A stretch of 64,000 nt of DNA from Candidatus Poribacteria bacterium (GTDB lineage: Bacteria > Poribacteria > WGA-4E > PCPOR2b): the NCBI GenBank assembly GCA_965208675.1, contig OZ242351.1, positions 1,632,001 to 1,696,000 on the forward strand, in the 5' to 3' direction. A model generated the notes under the pieces. That model ran no database searches, was not told the DNA's origin, and worked only from the letters and a program-made list of their open reading frames with translations. Made by a program: the position numbers and the translations under genes. Every line of letters begins with the position of its first letter. Within the stretch, counting starts at the first letter, position 1. Below are positions 50,876 to 60,053 of the stretch, in pieces.

Positions 50876-50958
50876 TTAAATTAATGTCCTTTCTCTCAAA
50901 TATTGATAAGACTTGCTGAACACATCATGCCATCCCATCCGGCGTGGAACGGATACGC

Positions 50959-51783
50959 TCACGAGCCATTGGCAGCCGAAATATCTAAATTCGCCTTCAT
51001 GTATTCGTAGCACTTCTTTTGGCCTCGCCCATCGTTCTCGCGCCCCTCATATTCGCAACACCACGAGCCTTGGTAGCCGGCGGCTTTAAGACAGTGAATC
51101 GCTTTCGTGAGGTTTATTTCGCCCTCGCCAAGCACCTCGCCGCGATACTCACTGCGCATTCCCCTGCCGTCCTTCAGATGTAGATGCAGCGTGTAAGGCG
51201 CGATAATCTCATAATACCGCTCGACCGTTCCCAAGTCGTGTCCAAACCAGCGGTAGTTCATCGTATCAAGGGTAGCACCGACATATTTGGATCCGATGCG
51301 CTCAAACAACTCAACTTGGCGATCTCCGTCGTTAGTTACAAACCCGTGATTGTCCACGGCGAGATAAACTTCTTCAGTCTCAGCGAACTCGACGCAGAGG
51401 TTCAAGCAGCCGGCCATCGCCTCAATCCATCGGTTCTCAGGCACGCTTTCTTTCGGCGAACCACCCTCAGTGCGAATCGCCGCGGCGCCCAAGATTTTTG
51501 TTAGTCTGACAATTCGCCGCATTCGATCTACCTGAAATCGAACAGCCTCCTCATCTAGGACAACGAAGTCGTTTCCCGCTGCAAAAGCGCAAACGTTTAG
51601 TCCGTAAGATTCGACCTTTTTGCGAATCGCCTCGGCGTTTTTCTCAGGGACGTCAATCCCCGGATGCCAAACATCGTTCACCTGCAGTTCAACATTGTCG
51701 AAGCCTGTATCACTGACAAATTCAAGAAATTCATCGAATGAAAAATCGGGGAAGTTGTAGTGAACCATACCCAGTTTTGGCAT
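50959..51783 (-). CDS. Sugar phosphate isomerase/epimerase (TIM barrel)
   Basis: DNHG, LDTMN, HLHLKD, LGEGEI and CEYEG. Start reset to ATG 51783 after GGAGGAG. Confidence 0.88.
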   Translation of the reverse strand: MPKLGMVHYNFPDFSFDEFLEFVSDTGFDNVELQVNDVWHPGIDVPEKNAEAIRKKVESYGLNVCAFAAGNDFVVLDEEAVRFQVDRMRRIVRLTKILGAAAIRTEGGSPKESVPENRWIEAMAGCLNLCVEFAETEEVYLAVDNHGFVTNDGDRQVELFERIGSKYVGATLDTMNYRWFGHDLGTVERYYEIIAPYTLHLHLKDGRGMRSEYRGEVLGEGEINLTKAIHCLKAAGYQGSWCCEYEGRENDGRGQKKCYEYMKANLDISAANGS

Positions 51784-51844
51784 CATTACTCCTCCGCGTA
51801 TGTGTAACTGACCGGCTCTCTGTATAAGCGGGATGCGTGCGAAC

Positions 51845-51873
51845 ATTATACAGTCCAAGCGATAATGTGTCAA
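51845..51873 (-). promoter_or_regulatory. Perfect-consensus sigma-70 promoter
   Basis: TTGACA-17 bp-TATAAT on the minus strand. Confidence 0.8.
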
Positions 51874-52011
51874 TTGCGAAGTCGGTACGCCTTATCCCGC
51901 ATGGCAGTATTAATCTGTTGATCTTCATGGGGCGGCGTGTTACCATATTTCGAACGATCCAATTTCGGTTTACTGCACTGAGACCCCATCTCCTGACATG
52001 CCACATGCCCG

Positions 52012-53907
52012 ATGAAACAAAATCCCCGTCCACCCGCCAAGTCCTACCGCGCGTTGATTGTCGGCGCGTTGCTTATCCCTCCCAACCTTTATTGGACAAT
52101 GCTGTCGGAAACCGTACACAATTTGTTTTTCTTCTCGGTTTTTACGCTCTTTTTCAACGTCGTTTTCACACTCTTCGTCCTAACCCTACTCAACGCGCTG
52201 CTCAAGCGCTCCAGCCCAAAGTTAGCGTTTGATTCGAGTGAGCTGTTAATTATCTACACAATGCTCTCCATCGCCACCGGAATTTTCGGGCATGACCTGA
52301 TGCTCGTAATGGTTCAGCATTTGGCGGGATTCGGATTTGCGTCGCCGGAGAACGAGTGGTTGGTGTTTTACGGGCGATACGTGCCCCACTGGCTCACCGT
52401 CTACGACGAAAGGGCACTTCACGGATATTTCCACGGCGGAGAATCGCTGTACACGGTACGGAATCTCAACGCTTGGCTCATCCCTTCAGTCTGTTGGGGC
52501 GGATTTCTCATTGTGCTCCTCTTTGTTCTTGCCTGTATCAACACAATAATCCGGAAACAGTGGACGGAGAATGAAAAACTGTCGTATCCAATCATACAAC
52601 TACCGCTTGAATTAACCGGCTCCGGCGCGGGGACGCTCGGCAATCGGTGGTTGTGGTTTGGATTCACAATTGCCGGAGCAATCAGTCTCAACAGAATTCT
52701 GCATGCGTTTTTGCCGGTATTTCCTGTGCTCCGGCTAGGATACAATCTCACACCGCTGTTTGTGACAAAGCCCTGGAATGCCCTGCTTCCGTACCCTGCC
52801 GGCGGGTTATTCATCGAAATCGAACCTTTCGTCGTGGGACTAAGCTACTTCCTGCCGCTAAGCCTGGCATTCTCGACATGGTTCTTTCTGCTGTTCTCGA
52901 AAGCCGAACTAGTCTTTCGAAACGCGGTCGGCATCTGGGCGACACCTGGGCCGTTCCGCAGTTATGCGACAGCGGGGGCGTGGATGGTTGTAGCCATAGC
53001 AGCATTGTGGATGAGCCGCAAGCACCTAAAACAAGTATACACCACCGCTCGGCATCAAATCACAAATGACAAACGGGGCGAGGAACCCATGACTTACCGG
53101 AGTGCGCTGATTGGGATGGTGTGCGGCACCGGCGCCCTCATCCTGTTCCTAGCCTATATTGGGATATCTTTGCCCATCGCAATCCTCTTCCTAACAATCT
53201 ACGTGCTATATGCGCTGGCTATTGCACGAATACGCGCCGAAGTCGGTCCACCGGCTCATGACGCGGAGTTCATGGGGCCGGAACAGTTAATCCTCAACGC
53301 GCTGGGTGCTCGCCGCGTCGGCCAACGGAGCATTGCCATGTTTAGCTCCATTTATTGGATGAGCCGAGCATATCGTTCACATCCCGTCGGACACCAGCTC
53401 GAGGGGTTCAAAATCGCACAAACCGTGGGGGCGTCGAGTCGAAAATTCCTGACCGCAATGATGGTCGCATCAGTCGTAGGCACGATCTGCGGTTTTTGGG
53501 CATTTCTAACCGCCATGTACCGCTATGGCGCTGGAAACGTTGCCCACAATATAGGCGGCGAAGCGTTTCGCCGATTGGAGGTCTGGTTAAAAATGCTGGG
53601 CTCGCCGGAGCCATTCATGCTCAGAGAGGTCGGGTTGGGGGCGGGAATCACCATACTGCTCACCGCACTGCATCGCCGTTTCGTCGGCTTTCCGTTCCAT
53701 CCGGTCGGCTACGCTGTCGCATCGGGTGCGATGATACATCACTTGTGGTTTTCAATTCTGATTGCGTGGGCGATCAAATGGAGCATTCTAAAGTTCAGCG
53801 GTATACGGCGCTATCGGCAGTTGGTGCCGTTTTTCTTGGGATTGGTCTTGGGCCAGGTTGTCGTTGGATGCCTCGGGATCATCCTGCGAATCCTATTACT
53901 TGAGTGA
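52012..53907 (+). CDS. Polytopic membrane protein, DUF6785/DUF6784-like
   Basis: RKQWTENEKLSYPI, FPFHPVGY and PFFLGLVLG. Paralog of 20825. Confidence 0.75.
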   Translation: MKQNPRPPAKSYRALIVGALLIPPNLYWTMLSETVHNLFFFSVFTLFFNVVFTLFVLTLLNALLKRSSPKLAFDSSELLIIYTMLSIATGIFGHDLMLVMVQHLAGFGFASPENEWLVFYGRYVPHWLTVYDERALHGYFHGGESLYTVRNLNAWLIPSVCWGGFLIVLLFVLACINTIIRKQWTENEKLSYPIIQLPLELTGSGAGTLGNRWLWFGFTIAGAISLNRILHAFLPVFPVLRLGYNLTPLFVTKPWNALLPYPAGGLFIEIEPFVVGLSYFLPLSLAFSTWFFLLFSKAELVFRNAVGIWATPGPFRSYATAGAWMVVAIAALWMSRKHLKQVYTTARHQITNDKRGEEPMTYRSALIGMVCGTGALILFLAYIGISLPIAILFLTIYVLYALAIARIRAEVGPPAHDAEFMGPEQLILNALGARRVGQRSIAMFSSIYWMSRAYRSHPVGHQLEGFKIAQTVGASSRKFLTAMMVASVVGTICGFWAFLTAMYRYGAGNVAHNIGGEAFRRLEVWLKMLGSPEPFMLREVGLGAGITILLTALHRRFVGFPFHPVGYAVASGAMIHHLWFSILIAWAIKWSILKFSGIRRYRQLVPFFLGLVLGQVVVGCLGIILRILLLE

Positions 53908-54059
53908 AACCTTATGAACGTACGTGTTTCGTCTTTCGCTTGATGCACTCGTTTGAAGTGTGGTATGCTTATGGCAAAATTTGGAGGCACGCGAAAAAAC
54001 GAATCGACTTTCCGAGAATTATTCGTAACTGTTTTGCAAACCCCGTTTGGAGAATTTGA

Positions 54060-54422
54060 ATGAATAGAATATTATGGATTATTGTCCTTATCATTTTCGC
54101 AGTCTTTTTCGGTCTTTTTACCTTTCTCAAGGTGCCAATCGCAATCACCCAAGATGAAATAATTGTCGCTGTAAACGATGCTATCGCTGAAACGAATTTA
54201 ACGGTGGATAAAGCAGAGGTTCAGCGGGGAGTGGAGAAATCAATCGAGAAGTTGGAAGCGCGGCAATCAAAACGGCTTAGGTATCTGGTATCCGCTTATT
54301 TCGTTATCTGGCTCATCCTTATACTCTACACGCTTCGGATTTCGCATACCCAGTCTCAGATGCGCAAACGTTTAGATCAGCTGCAAGCCAGCCTTAAACC
54401 GCAGGGAACAGACCCACACTAA
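54060..54422 (+). CDS. Small membrane protein with a CcmD-like C-terminus
   Basis: Two TMs. YLVSAYFVIWLILILYTLRI followed by a basic coiled stretch. Confidence 0.55.
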   Translation: MNRILWIIVLIIFAVFFGLFTFLKVPIAITQDEIIVAVNDAIAETNLTVDKAEVQRGVEKSIEKLEARQSKRLRYLVSAYFVIWLILILYTLRISHTQSQMRKRLDQLQASLKPQGTDPH

Positions 54423-54532
54423 CTCCCTCTTGCCAAGGTCTTGTTTTTTCCCCTCAATACCAAGGAGCGGCTAGGGGAGGTTGAATCGGCGCGTTGACAC
54501 ACCCCCTCTTTCTCCCCCTTGGCACGGGGGAG
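54421..54532. repeat. Degenerate palindromic intergenic element between convergent genes
   Basis: CTCCCTCTTGCCAAGG...CCTTGGCACGGGGGAG imperfect inverted repeat. Confidence 0.4.
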
Positions 54533-54544
54533 GATTTTTCTGTT

Positions 54545-56395
54545 TCATTCCACACCCCACACGAAATTACCGTCAATATCGCGCACCTTCAAGAATGAGT
54601 AGCTACGTAAGCCATCGCCATCGTTTACGGTATATTGGATTTGACCAACAAGAGTTCTAAAAATCTCACGGACAAAATCTATCGTTGACGGGAGCATTGA
54701 ACGAATCAGCTCAATTTCCGCCCCTGAATCCTCACCTTCAAACACGACTGGTACCTGTTCCGCAAGCGTATCCACCATCTGTTCAAGCGACCGGGCTGGA
54801 TTAGAGTAAACCATGTTATTGACCGTCTCTGGCGCCATACTACGGAGTTCTTTAAATTGGGTCTGTGTTAACAGGTTTTCCGCTGTACCGTTCGCACAAT
54901 CAAGCGCAAGTTTCAGGTCTGCGGGTCCGGTTGAAATCAACACGTACTGATCGGTCACGACGTAGCTCGGTTGATATGGAACGTTTGGAAGTTCAGCCGT
55001 GCGAATCTGGTGCCCGGCATGGTCGACCGTCTCCCAGTTCAGCGCCAGGCCCATGATTGCGCCCAAAGTCATCGCAACCGTATCTGTTAATTGTCCGAGA
55101 CTATCTCCCGCTTTTTCGCTGTCTGACGTTTGAATTGAAAGCAGGAATTGCGGCAATGCGCCGCCTGTACCAACGCCCATTGGGGGCGATAACATGGTGA
55201 ACCCCGTTTGGAAGAATGCAATTTCATTTCCCATCCACGAAAGTAGATCACTTTCTATGTCGATGTCCATCATTGCCTGAATCTGCTCTAGGCTGCCGAA
55301 TGCCTCTCGGCTCATTTCAGGCGGCATGGACGCGACGAAGTCCATCAGCATCTGCCAGAGTTTGGGAAGATTAATGAGATTGAACGCATTATAAGAAATG
55401 ACGTCAGCGTGCGCGAACTTTATGGATTCGTGGTGCGTCGGTTCGGCCAACAGCATCATCCGGAAGTTGTTGGCTGTCGCGTTGGGATTGAGTTTGATGT
55501 AGCTCTGCGACACAATCCCATTGTTCGTGAGGTGCGTAACCCCGCTCACCCATTGCACCAGGTCCAACCACTTGATCGCCCGATCCGCTAGTAATCTGAC
55601 CTCGTCATCCAACTCGCCGCGGACCATTGGATAAAACGACTCTGCCAATTCAGGGATTGAGCTTAAATCGAGGTAGAATACCGTCTGAAAATCGGTCACG
55701 CTTTCACCCTGAAATCGGTCGATGTGTTGGACAAATTTCGGGTCTTTGGCGAGGCTAGCGTCCGACTTGCCTAGGTAGAGGTCTATTGTCCGGCGCATTG
55801 ACGCTTCCCCCAAGCTGGCAACCAGAAAGCTGTCGATCAGCCCGCATGAAATGACTAGGTTCGGTTCAGGCTCGGCTGACATAAAAAAGTACCCGTTGTA
55901 TTCGCGGCGTTCCGCCTCTGGTATGTTCGCCATTCCGACCATAATCGCCGCCGACAGTATCTCTCCGAGGTCATCTGATTGATCTATATTGACCATAAGC
56001 GTTGGGGAAAATTCACTCAGATCCCGGAACTTGGGAACGACAATTAGGATTTCCTGACCAAGTAGGCGTGAAAGGATTGAGAAGCTTGGCTTGATGAGGC
56101 GGCGCATTTCCTTTATCTCGGTTTCTCTTTCAAAAACCCCTTGCAGTGGCTCCCAGATTGGCGCTTCAAGAAGTTGCTGCCACGCTCGGGAGTTTTCAAT
56201 CAGCGCGAGTGCTTCGGCGGCGTCCTTTATTTGCATCACGAGTAAGGCATCTGCCGGCGCAAGGTCCATGAGGGATGGAGTAGGCGCCGCCTCAGCTACA
56301 GGTTCTACGTGCGGTTTCACACCGCATGAACAGATGCTAATGAGAAATATGAGAATAAATGCGAGGATATGATATGTGCTGTTTCTTTCGGTCAT
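54545..56395 (-). CDS. Hypothetical lipoprotein (DUF3352-like)
   Basis: Lipobox-like ICSC, LLSWMGNEIAF and PSYVVTDQYVLIST. Confidence 0.65.
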   Translation of the reverse strand: MTERNSTYHILAFILIFLISICSCGVKPHVEPVAEAAPTPSLMDLAPADALLVMQIKDAAEALALIENSRAWQQLLEAPIWEPLQGVFERETEIKEMRRLIKPSFSILSRLLGQEILIVVPKFRDLSEFSPTLMVNIDQSDDLGEILSAAIMVGMANIPEAERREYNGYFFMSAEPEPNLVISCGLIDSFLVASLGEASMRRTIDLYLGKSDASLAKDPKFVQHIDRFQGESVTDFQTVFYLDLSSIPELAESFYPMVRGELDDEVRLLADRAIKWLDLVQWVSGVTHLTNNGIVSQSYIKLNPNATANNFRMMLLAEPTHHESIKFAHADVISYNAFNLINLPKLWQMLMDFVASMPPEMSREAFGSLEQIQAMMDIDIESDLLSWMGNEIAFFQTGFTMLSPPMGVGTGGALPQFLLSIQTSDSEKAGDSLGQLTDTVAMTLGAIMGLALNWETVDHAGHQIRTAELPNVPYQPSYVVTDQYVLISTGPADLKLALDCANGTAENLLTQTQFKELRSMAPETVNNMVYSNPARSLEQMVDTLAEQVPVVFEGEDSGAEIELIRSMLPSTIDFVREIFRTLVGQIQYTVNDGDGLRSYSFLKVRDIDGNFVWGVE

Positions 56396-56468
56396 TTGAA
56401 TAGCTCCTAGTATGAATAGGGTGGTTCAAAAAAGGTTGGAATTGAAATATGGATTCGGACTACCCAAC

Positions 56469-57113
56469 CTACACACTTTTGATACCTTCAGAAGACGGAG
56501 AAAATACGTCGCTGAACCTTGGCAGCCACTTTGTGAACAGCGCCACGGCTTCTTCATCTTGACGGGTCAGAGAGAACATATAGCGGCCTTTACCCGCATA
56601 CGACAGTGTATAGCGACCGTGGGCTGTTGGCCCCATAGCAACCATTCCAACCGCTCGTCCGATGTTGAACCGACCTCTTGGTGCGGACCACTTGTCGATT
56701 GCCCCATAACGCGAACCTGCGCCAAGCGCTATTACTCCAAGCGCATTGCCGCCGAACGCGAAAATGCCCACGGAGTACCCACCAAAGGCAAAGATACCGA
56801 CGGAGCCCGCTCCAAATGCGACCACACCAATAGAGCATGGACCAACAGCGATCACGCCAACTGTCACAATTCCGACTGCGATTATCCCGATAGTGATGAA
56901 CCCGAAAGTCTCTTCGCCCATCGGGGAGTAGAAACCAAAATTGACGATTGAGCGGATGAACGGCGGAAGTTCCGAGTTTGTTGCTCTAACTAGCATGGGG
57001 ACGAAAAACAGCGAAAAAGCGACGCCAAATGAAATTGAAACGCCTATATTCCATCTACGAAAATAGGCGTCAAACGTCTCTTGAAAAGATTTGGGGCACA
57101 TTTCTCTTGACAT
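56469..57113 (-). CDS. Hypothetical membrane protein with Gly-periodic repeats
   Basis: GIIAVGIVTVGVIAVGPCSIGVVAFGAGSVGIFAFGGYSVGIFAFGGNALG. ATG 57113 follows GGAGG. Confidence 0.75.
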   Translation of the reverse strand: MSREMCPKSFQETFDAYFRRWNIGVSISFGVAFSLFFVPMLVRATNSELPPFIRSIVNFGFYSPMGEETFGFITIGIIAVGIVTVGVIAVGPCSIGVVAFGAGSVGIFAFGGYSVGIFAFGGNALGVIALGAGSRYGAIDKWSAPRGRFNIGRAVGMVAMGPTAHGRYTLSYAGKGRYMFSLTRQDEEAVALFTKWLPRFSDVFSPSSEGIKSV

Positions 57114-57255
57114 AAACTCTAGGCCTCCTTCCACGCAGCAACGCCGTGCAATTGAGAGCTATAGCTAATCGTTGGTGTTGAATGGCGGGGCGACGAGACT
57201 TTTTACGGGGCGGTTCTGGATCTCGCTAAGTGTGCTTCAGATTTGAGGTGAAAAA

Positions 57256-57906
57256 TCAAGGAGTGAAGTTCTGGTTCGCATCAAAAAGAGGTATCAAGTC
57301 CTTATCCAAGCCAAAAGCTGCATACACGCCCTCTACCAAACTGTAAGCGACCTGATCTGGAATAAAATCCGGGTTCACTGTCTGTTTGGACACAATCGGT
57401 GCAGTCGACGTGTACACATTTCGCTCATGTTTTACTGTTCCAAAAAGTGGATTGAGGGGATGTCTTCCCACCAATAGAAAACCACTGAGATTATGATACT
57501 CCTGCTGCACATGAACCAGAGTATTTATGCCAGCGGTTTGGTAAATTTCCTTGACCAACCGCATAAACGTAACTGGATACTCACAGACCCCATACGGGTA
57601 CAACCAGTTCAGATGGGAAGGGATTCCGCTTTCTGCCTTGTACCACTGAAACTGTATGCGAGACAGTGGACTTTGAAGCTCGAGTAGACCGTTCCGCGAA
57701 AGTACGACTTCATAACCCCAAGCATCTATCCCTTTTATTCCTTGCAGCGAAGGTTCTATACGCGTGACGCCTATGAAGCCAAATCCAGTTCTGCGGACAT
57801 TGGGCGGATTTCGCAGTATGTCACGAATACCTTGATCATCTGTGTGGACGGCGTTGGGATTGGATGTAATGGCTTCTGCGTGGATCCGATAATAAGCTCC
57901 GTTCAA
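57256..57906 (-). CDS. Hypothetical protein coupled to the AlbA_2 gene
   Basis: The TTG start overlaps the upstream TGA (TTGA) and has AAGGAGG 5 nt upstream. 216 aa, globular. Confidence 0.75.
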   Translation of the reverse strand: MNGAYYRIHAEAITSNPNAVHTDDQGIRDILRNPPNVRRTGFGFIGVTRIEPSLQGIKGIDAWGYEVVLSRNGLLELQSPLSRIQFQWYKAESGIPSHLNWLYPYGVCEYPVTFMRLVKEIYQTAGINTLVHVQQEYHNLSGFLLVGRHPLNPLFGTVKHERNVYTSTAPIVSKQTVNPDFIPDQVAYSLVEGVYAAFGLDKDLIPLFDANQNFTP

Positions 57907-58547
57907 GATAGCCTCCTTAGGACTTCATCAAATCGTCGTTCGAATAAACCAATTAGATCCGCGATGTCCCGTTGTCCTAGGGCACTGCCGGAAAGGTTGT
58001 CCAATTTATCATGAAGCTCACGAATGCCAGATGGTAATTGGCGGGCCGAAAAGTCATCCCTGAGATCGGTCATACGGTATTCTCTCGTGTGATTTCCATA
58101 CCGTCGAACAAACTGGATGGCGTTTTCCAACAGTATACTGTGAGGGCGTACTTCACTCGGAGGGATATGAATAATCACAAGCGTGATGTCGTTTCCATTG
58201 CACGTAATTGAACGCGGCTTAACTTCCAGTCCCCGAATGCGCGGGTCAATGAAATCTAGGCAAATGCTGTTAATGCTTTCCGCCACCCTCTCGGGCTCAC
58301 CCACGGAGCAAAAGCCCGTTGCTAGCTCATCCGTTGCGTCCACGCCGATCAGAATGTATCCTCCTTCTGAATTTGCCATCGCAGTAACATCCTTGCATAT
58401 CTCTCGTCTCAGCTTTATTCTGGAACCGCTGAGAGGGTATTCCCGCTTAAACTCAATCCACTGATTTTCTTCCTGATTTCCTATCAAACCCGCCAGTTCC
58501 TGGTCTGGGATGTCTGCAATGAGGCGATAACAATCGTCAAAATTCAT
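57903..58547 (-). CDS. Schlafen/AlbA_2 domain protein
   Basis: EENQWIEFKRE, KDVTAMANSEGGYILIGV and IHIPPSEVRPH. Confidence 0.88.
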   Translation of the reverse strand: MNFDDCYRLIADIPDQELAGLIGNQEENQWIEFKREYPLSGSRIKLRREICKDVTAMANSEGGYILIGVDATDELATGFCSVGEPERVAESINSICLDFIDPRIRGLEVKPRSITCNGNDITLVIIHIPPSEVRPHSILLENAIQFVRRYGNHTREYRMTDLRDDFSARQLPSGIRELHDKLDNLSGSALGQRDIADLIGLFERRFDEVLRRLS

Positions 58548-58817
58548 TCAATCTAATTGGATGCTTTGAAGAGGTTTACGGTTCCGATAGCAATGTTCGT
58601 CAATTTGGGAATGATAACATATTTTGGGTACATTTAAAAAAGCCTTGAGTGTCCCAAGTTTAGCTGTTTCTTCAAGTTGAATCTCAATTGCCTCAAGGAG
58701 ATTTTTTCTTTCCTGTTCAACATCGCTTCCGCAACTTGCAACATCTAGCTCTGGACAGTAAGCGGTGTACATGTTGCCTTCTTGCCAAATTTCTTCCGTA
58801 ACGACGAGGTTCTTCAC
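58548..58817 (-). CDS. HicB-family antitoxin-like protein, probably C-terminally truncated
   Basis: EGNMYTAYCPELDVASCG...KNLLEAIEIQLE. The tail after TLKAFL looks non-homologous. No hicA seen. Confidence 0.7.
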   Translation of the reverse strand: MKNLVVTEEIWQEGNMYTAYCPELDVASCGSDVEQERKNLLEAIEIQLEETAKLGTLKAFLNVPKICYHSQIDEHCYRNRKPLQSIQLD

Positions 58818-58911
58818 TTTCGACCCCAAATACTGGTTAATAGTTCTCGTGAAATAAAACGGCAGGACCTGTATCTACCGTCAAGGATAGGCGCAGACAT
58901 GCTTATTAACA

Positions 58912-58940
58912 ATTATAGCACTCAACTCAGGATTGGTCAA
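58912..58940 (-). promoter_or_regulatory. Sigma-70-type promoter of the hicB-AlbA_2 operon
   Basis: TTGACC-17 bp-TATAAT with an extended -10 TG, minus strand. Confidence 0.7.
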
Positions 58941-59138
58941 AGTCTATTCAAGAGATTTCGCATTTCACAGTATTCACAGTAAAATGAAACGGATCGGGCA
59001 TCGCATTGAGTATCGGGAACCGCTAAACGCAGTGTGGAACTGCATCTCATTCTGTTTTATCCAAAAACAGAAAATCGAAACTGTGAAACTTCGCCGCTTC
59101 TTCGAGTACGGAGAAATTCAATGGCGGCACAAATCTCC

Positions 59139-59351
59139 GTAGGTTGGGTTGAGCGGTTTTGGTGATATCCAACGTATTTGAAGCGTTCAGGGGGGCAAGG
59201 CAAATATCCACAAGACGAAGATTTTATCCCCAAATGCCAGCGAAAATTACAGTGTTTACGGTCCATAAAAAAAGGGGAATATTGCAACAGTGCTAGTCAA
59301 CGGGCGGGTTTAGAGGCGTTGGGTTTGGCGAACTCGCTCAACCCAACACAC
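59139..59351. repeat. REP-like inverted doublet (GTAGGTTGGGTTGAGCG family)
   Basis: GTAGGTTGGGTTGAGCG at 59139 and CGCTCAACCCAACACAC at 59335. A further degenerate copy lies at ~62048-62083. Confidence 0.7.
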
Positions 59352-59366
59352 ATTCACTGTAGAATT

Positions 59367-59970
59367 TTATTGGGTTAAATTTTTTTGATAGGCATGTATT
59401 GGCCTTTTGATTGTCCCTTTAACGGGTCTTTCAGTCGGCATTGCTTGAATCTCGTATTGCGACTTTGGATTCTTGTTCCGTTTTCGAATTCGAAAGTGAA
59501 GTCCCTTAAATTTTCCTTGATTGTTTTGTCGAAGTGCTTCTAAGGGCTGTGCGATTGATTTCGCGCGAATGGATAACTTAAACTCAGCACCTGTGCCAGA
59601 CTCTTGAACTCGCAAAGTGGGGGTATACCCTCGGGATGTTAGGACGATCGTCGGTTCGCAGACAACTCCAAGCTCTATCCACTCAATTTCAACGATTAAC
59701 CACGGGACAACCTTTTGCGCCATAGGTGAAGACCATAAATTGCATTAAAGGCAGGAGTTTGCTAAAGGATCTGTAATTCGTGCGCGCGCTTGAATAACAT
59801 ATGTTTCCAGGAGTACAGCCAATACTACCATTATTGTCGCATCTTCCTATCCGCGGTTGATCCAGGACACGTTGCGAAGGAATGTGCATGCCCGGTTTGT
59901 CCAACCACAATGATTTCCAGTTTTTAATGTAGGTGATTAGATACAATCAATTCGTGTAACAAGGACTTCA
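59367..59970 (-). pseudogene. Hypothetical protein; 3' part (59367-59723) open, 5' part interrupted
   Basis: The open part contains TSRGYTP and AKSIAQPLEALR. The same frame continues upstream through stops at 59745-47, 59847-49 and 59937-39. Confidence 0.5.
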
Positions 59971-60053
59971 CAAACCTCCAAATTCTTCTATTATTTTTCA
60001 GTTTGTCCGAAATTCGTCAAATGTTTTGCAGCAAAACCAACCATTTTGACGAT

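Noticed and set aside
51784-51873. N-terminal extension of the isomerase given by the ORF track
   Set aside because: The TTG 'start' is the -35 box of a perfect promoter. The RBS points to ATG 51783 or 51786.
58933-59378. Small ORFs between hicB and the DGQHR cassette
   Set aside because: No recognisable motifs or RBS, and they overlap promoter and REP sequence.
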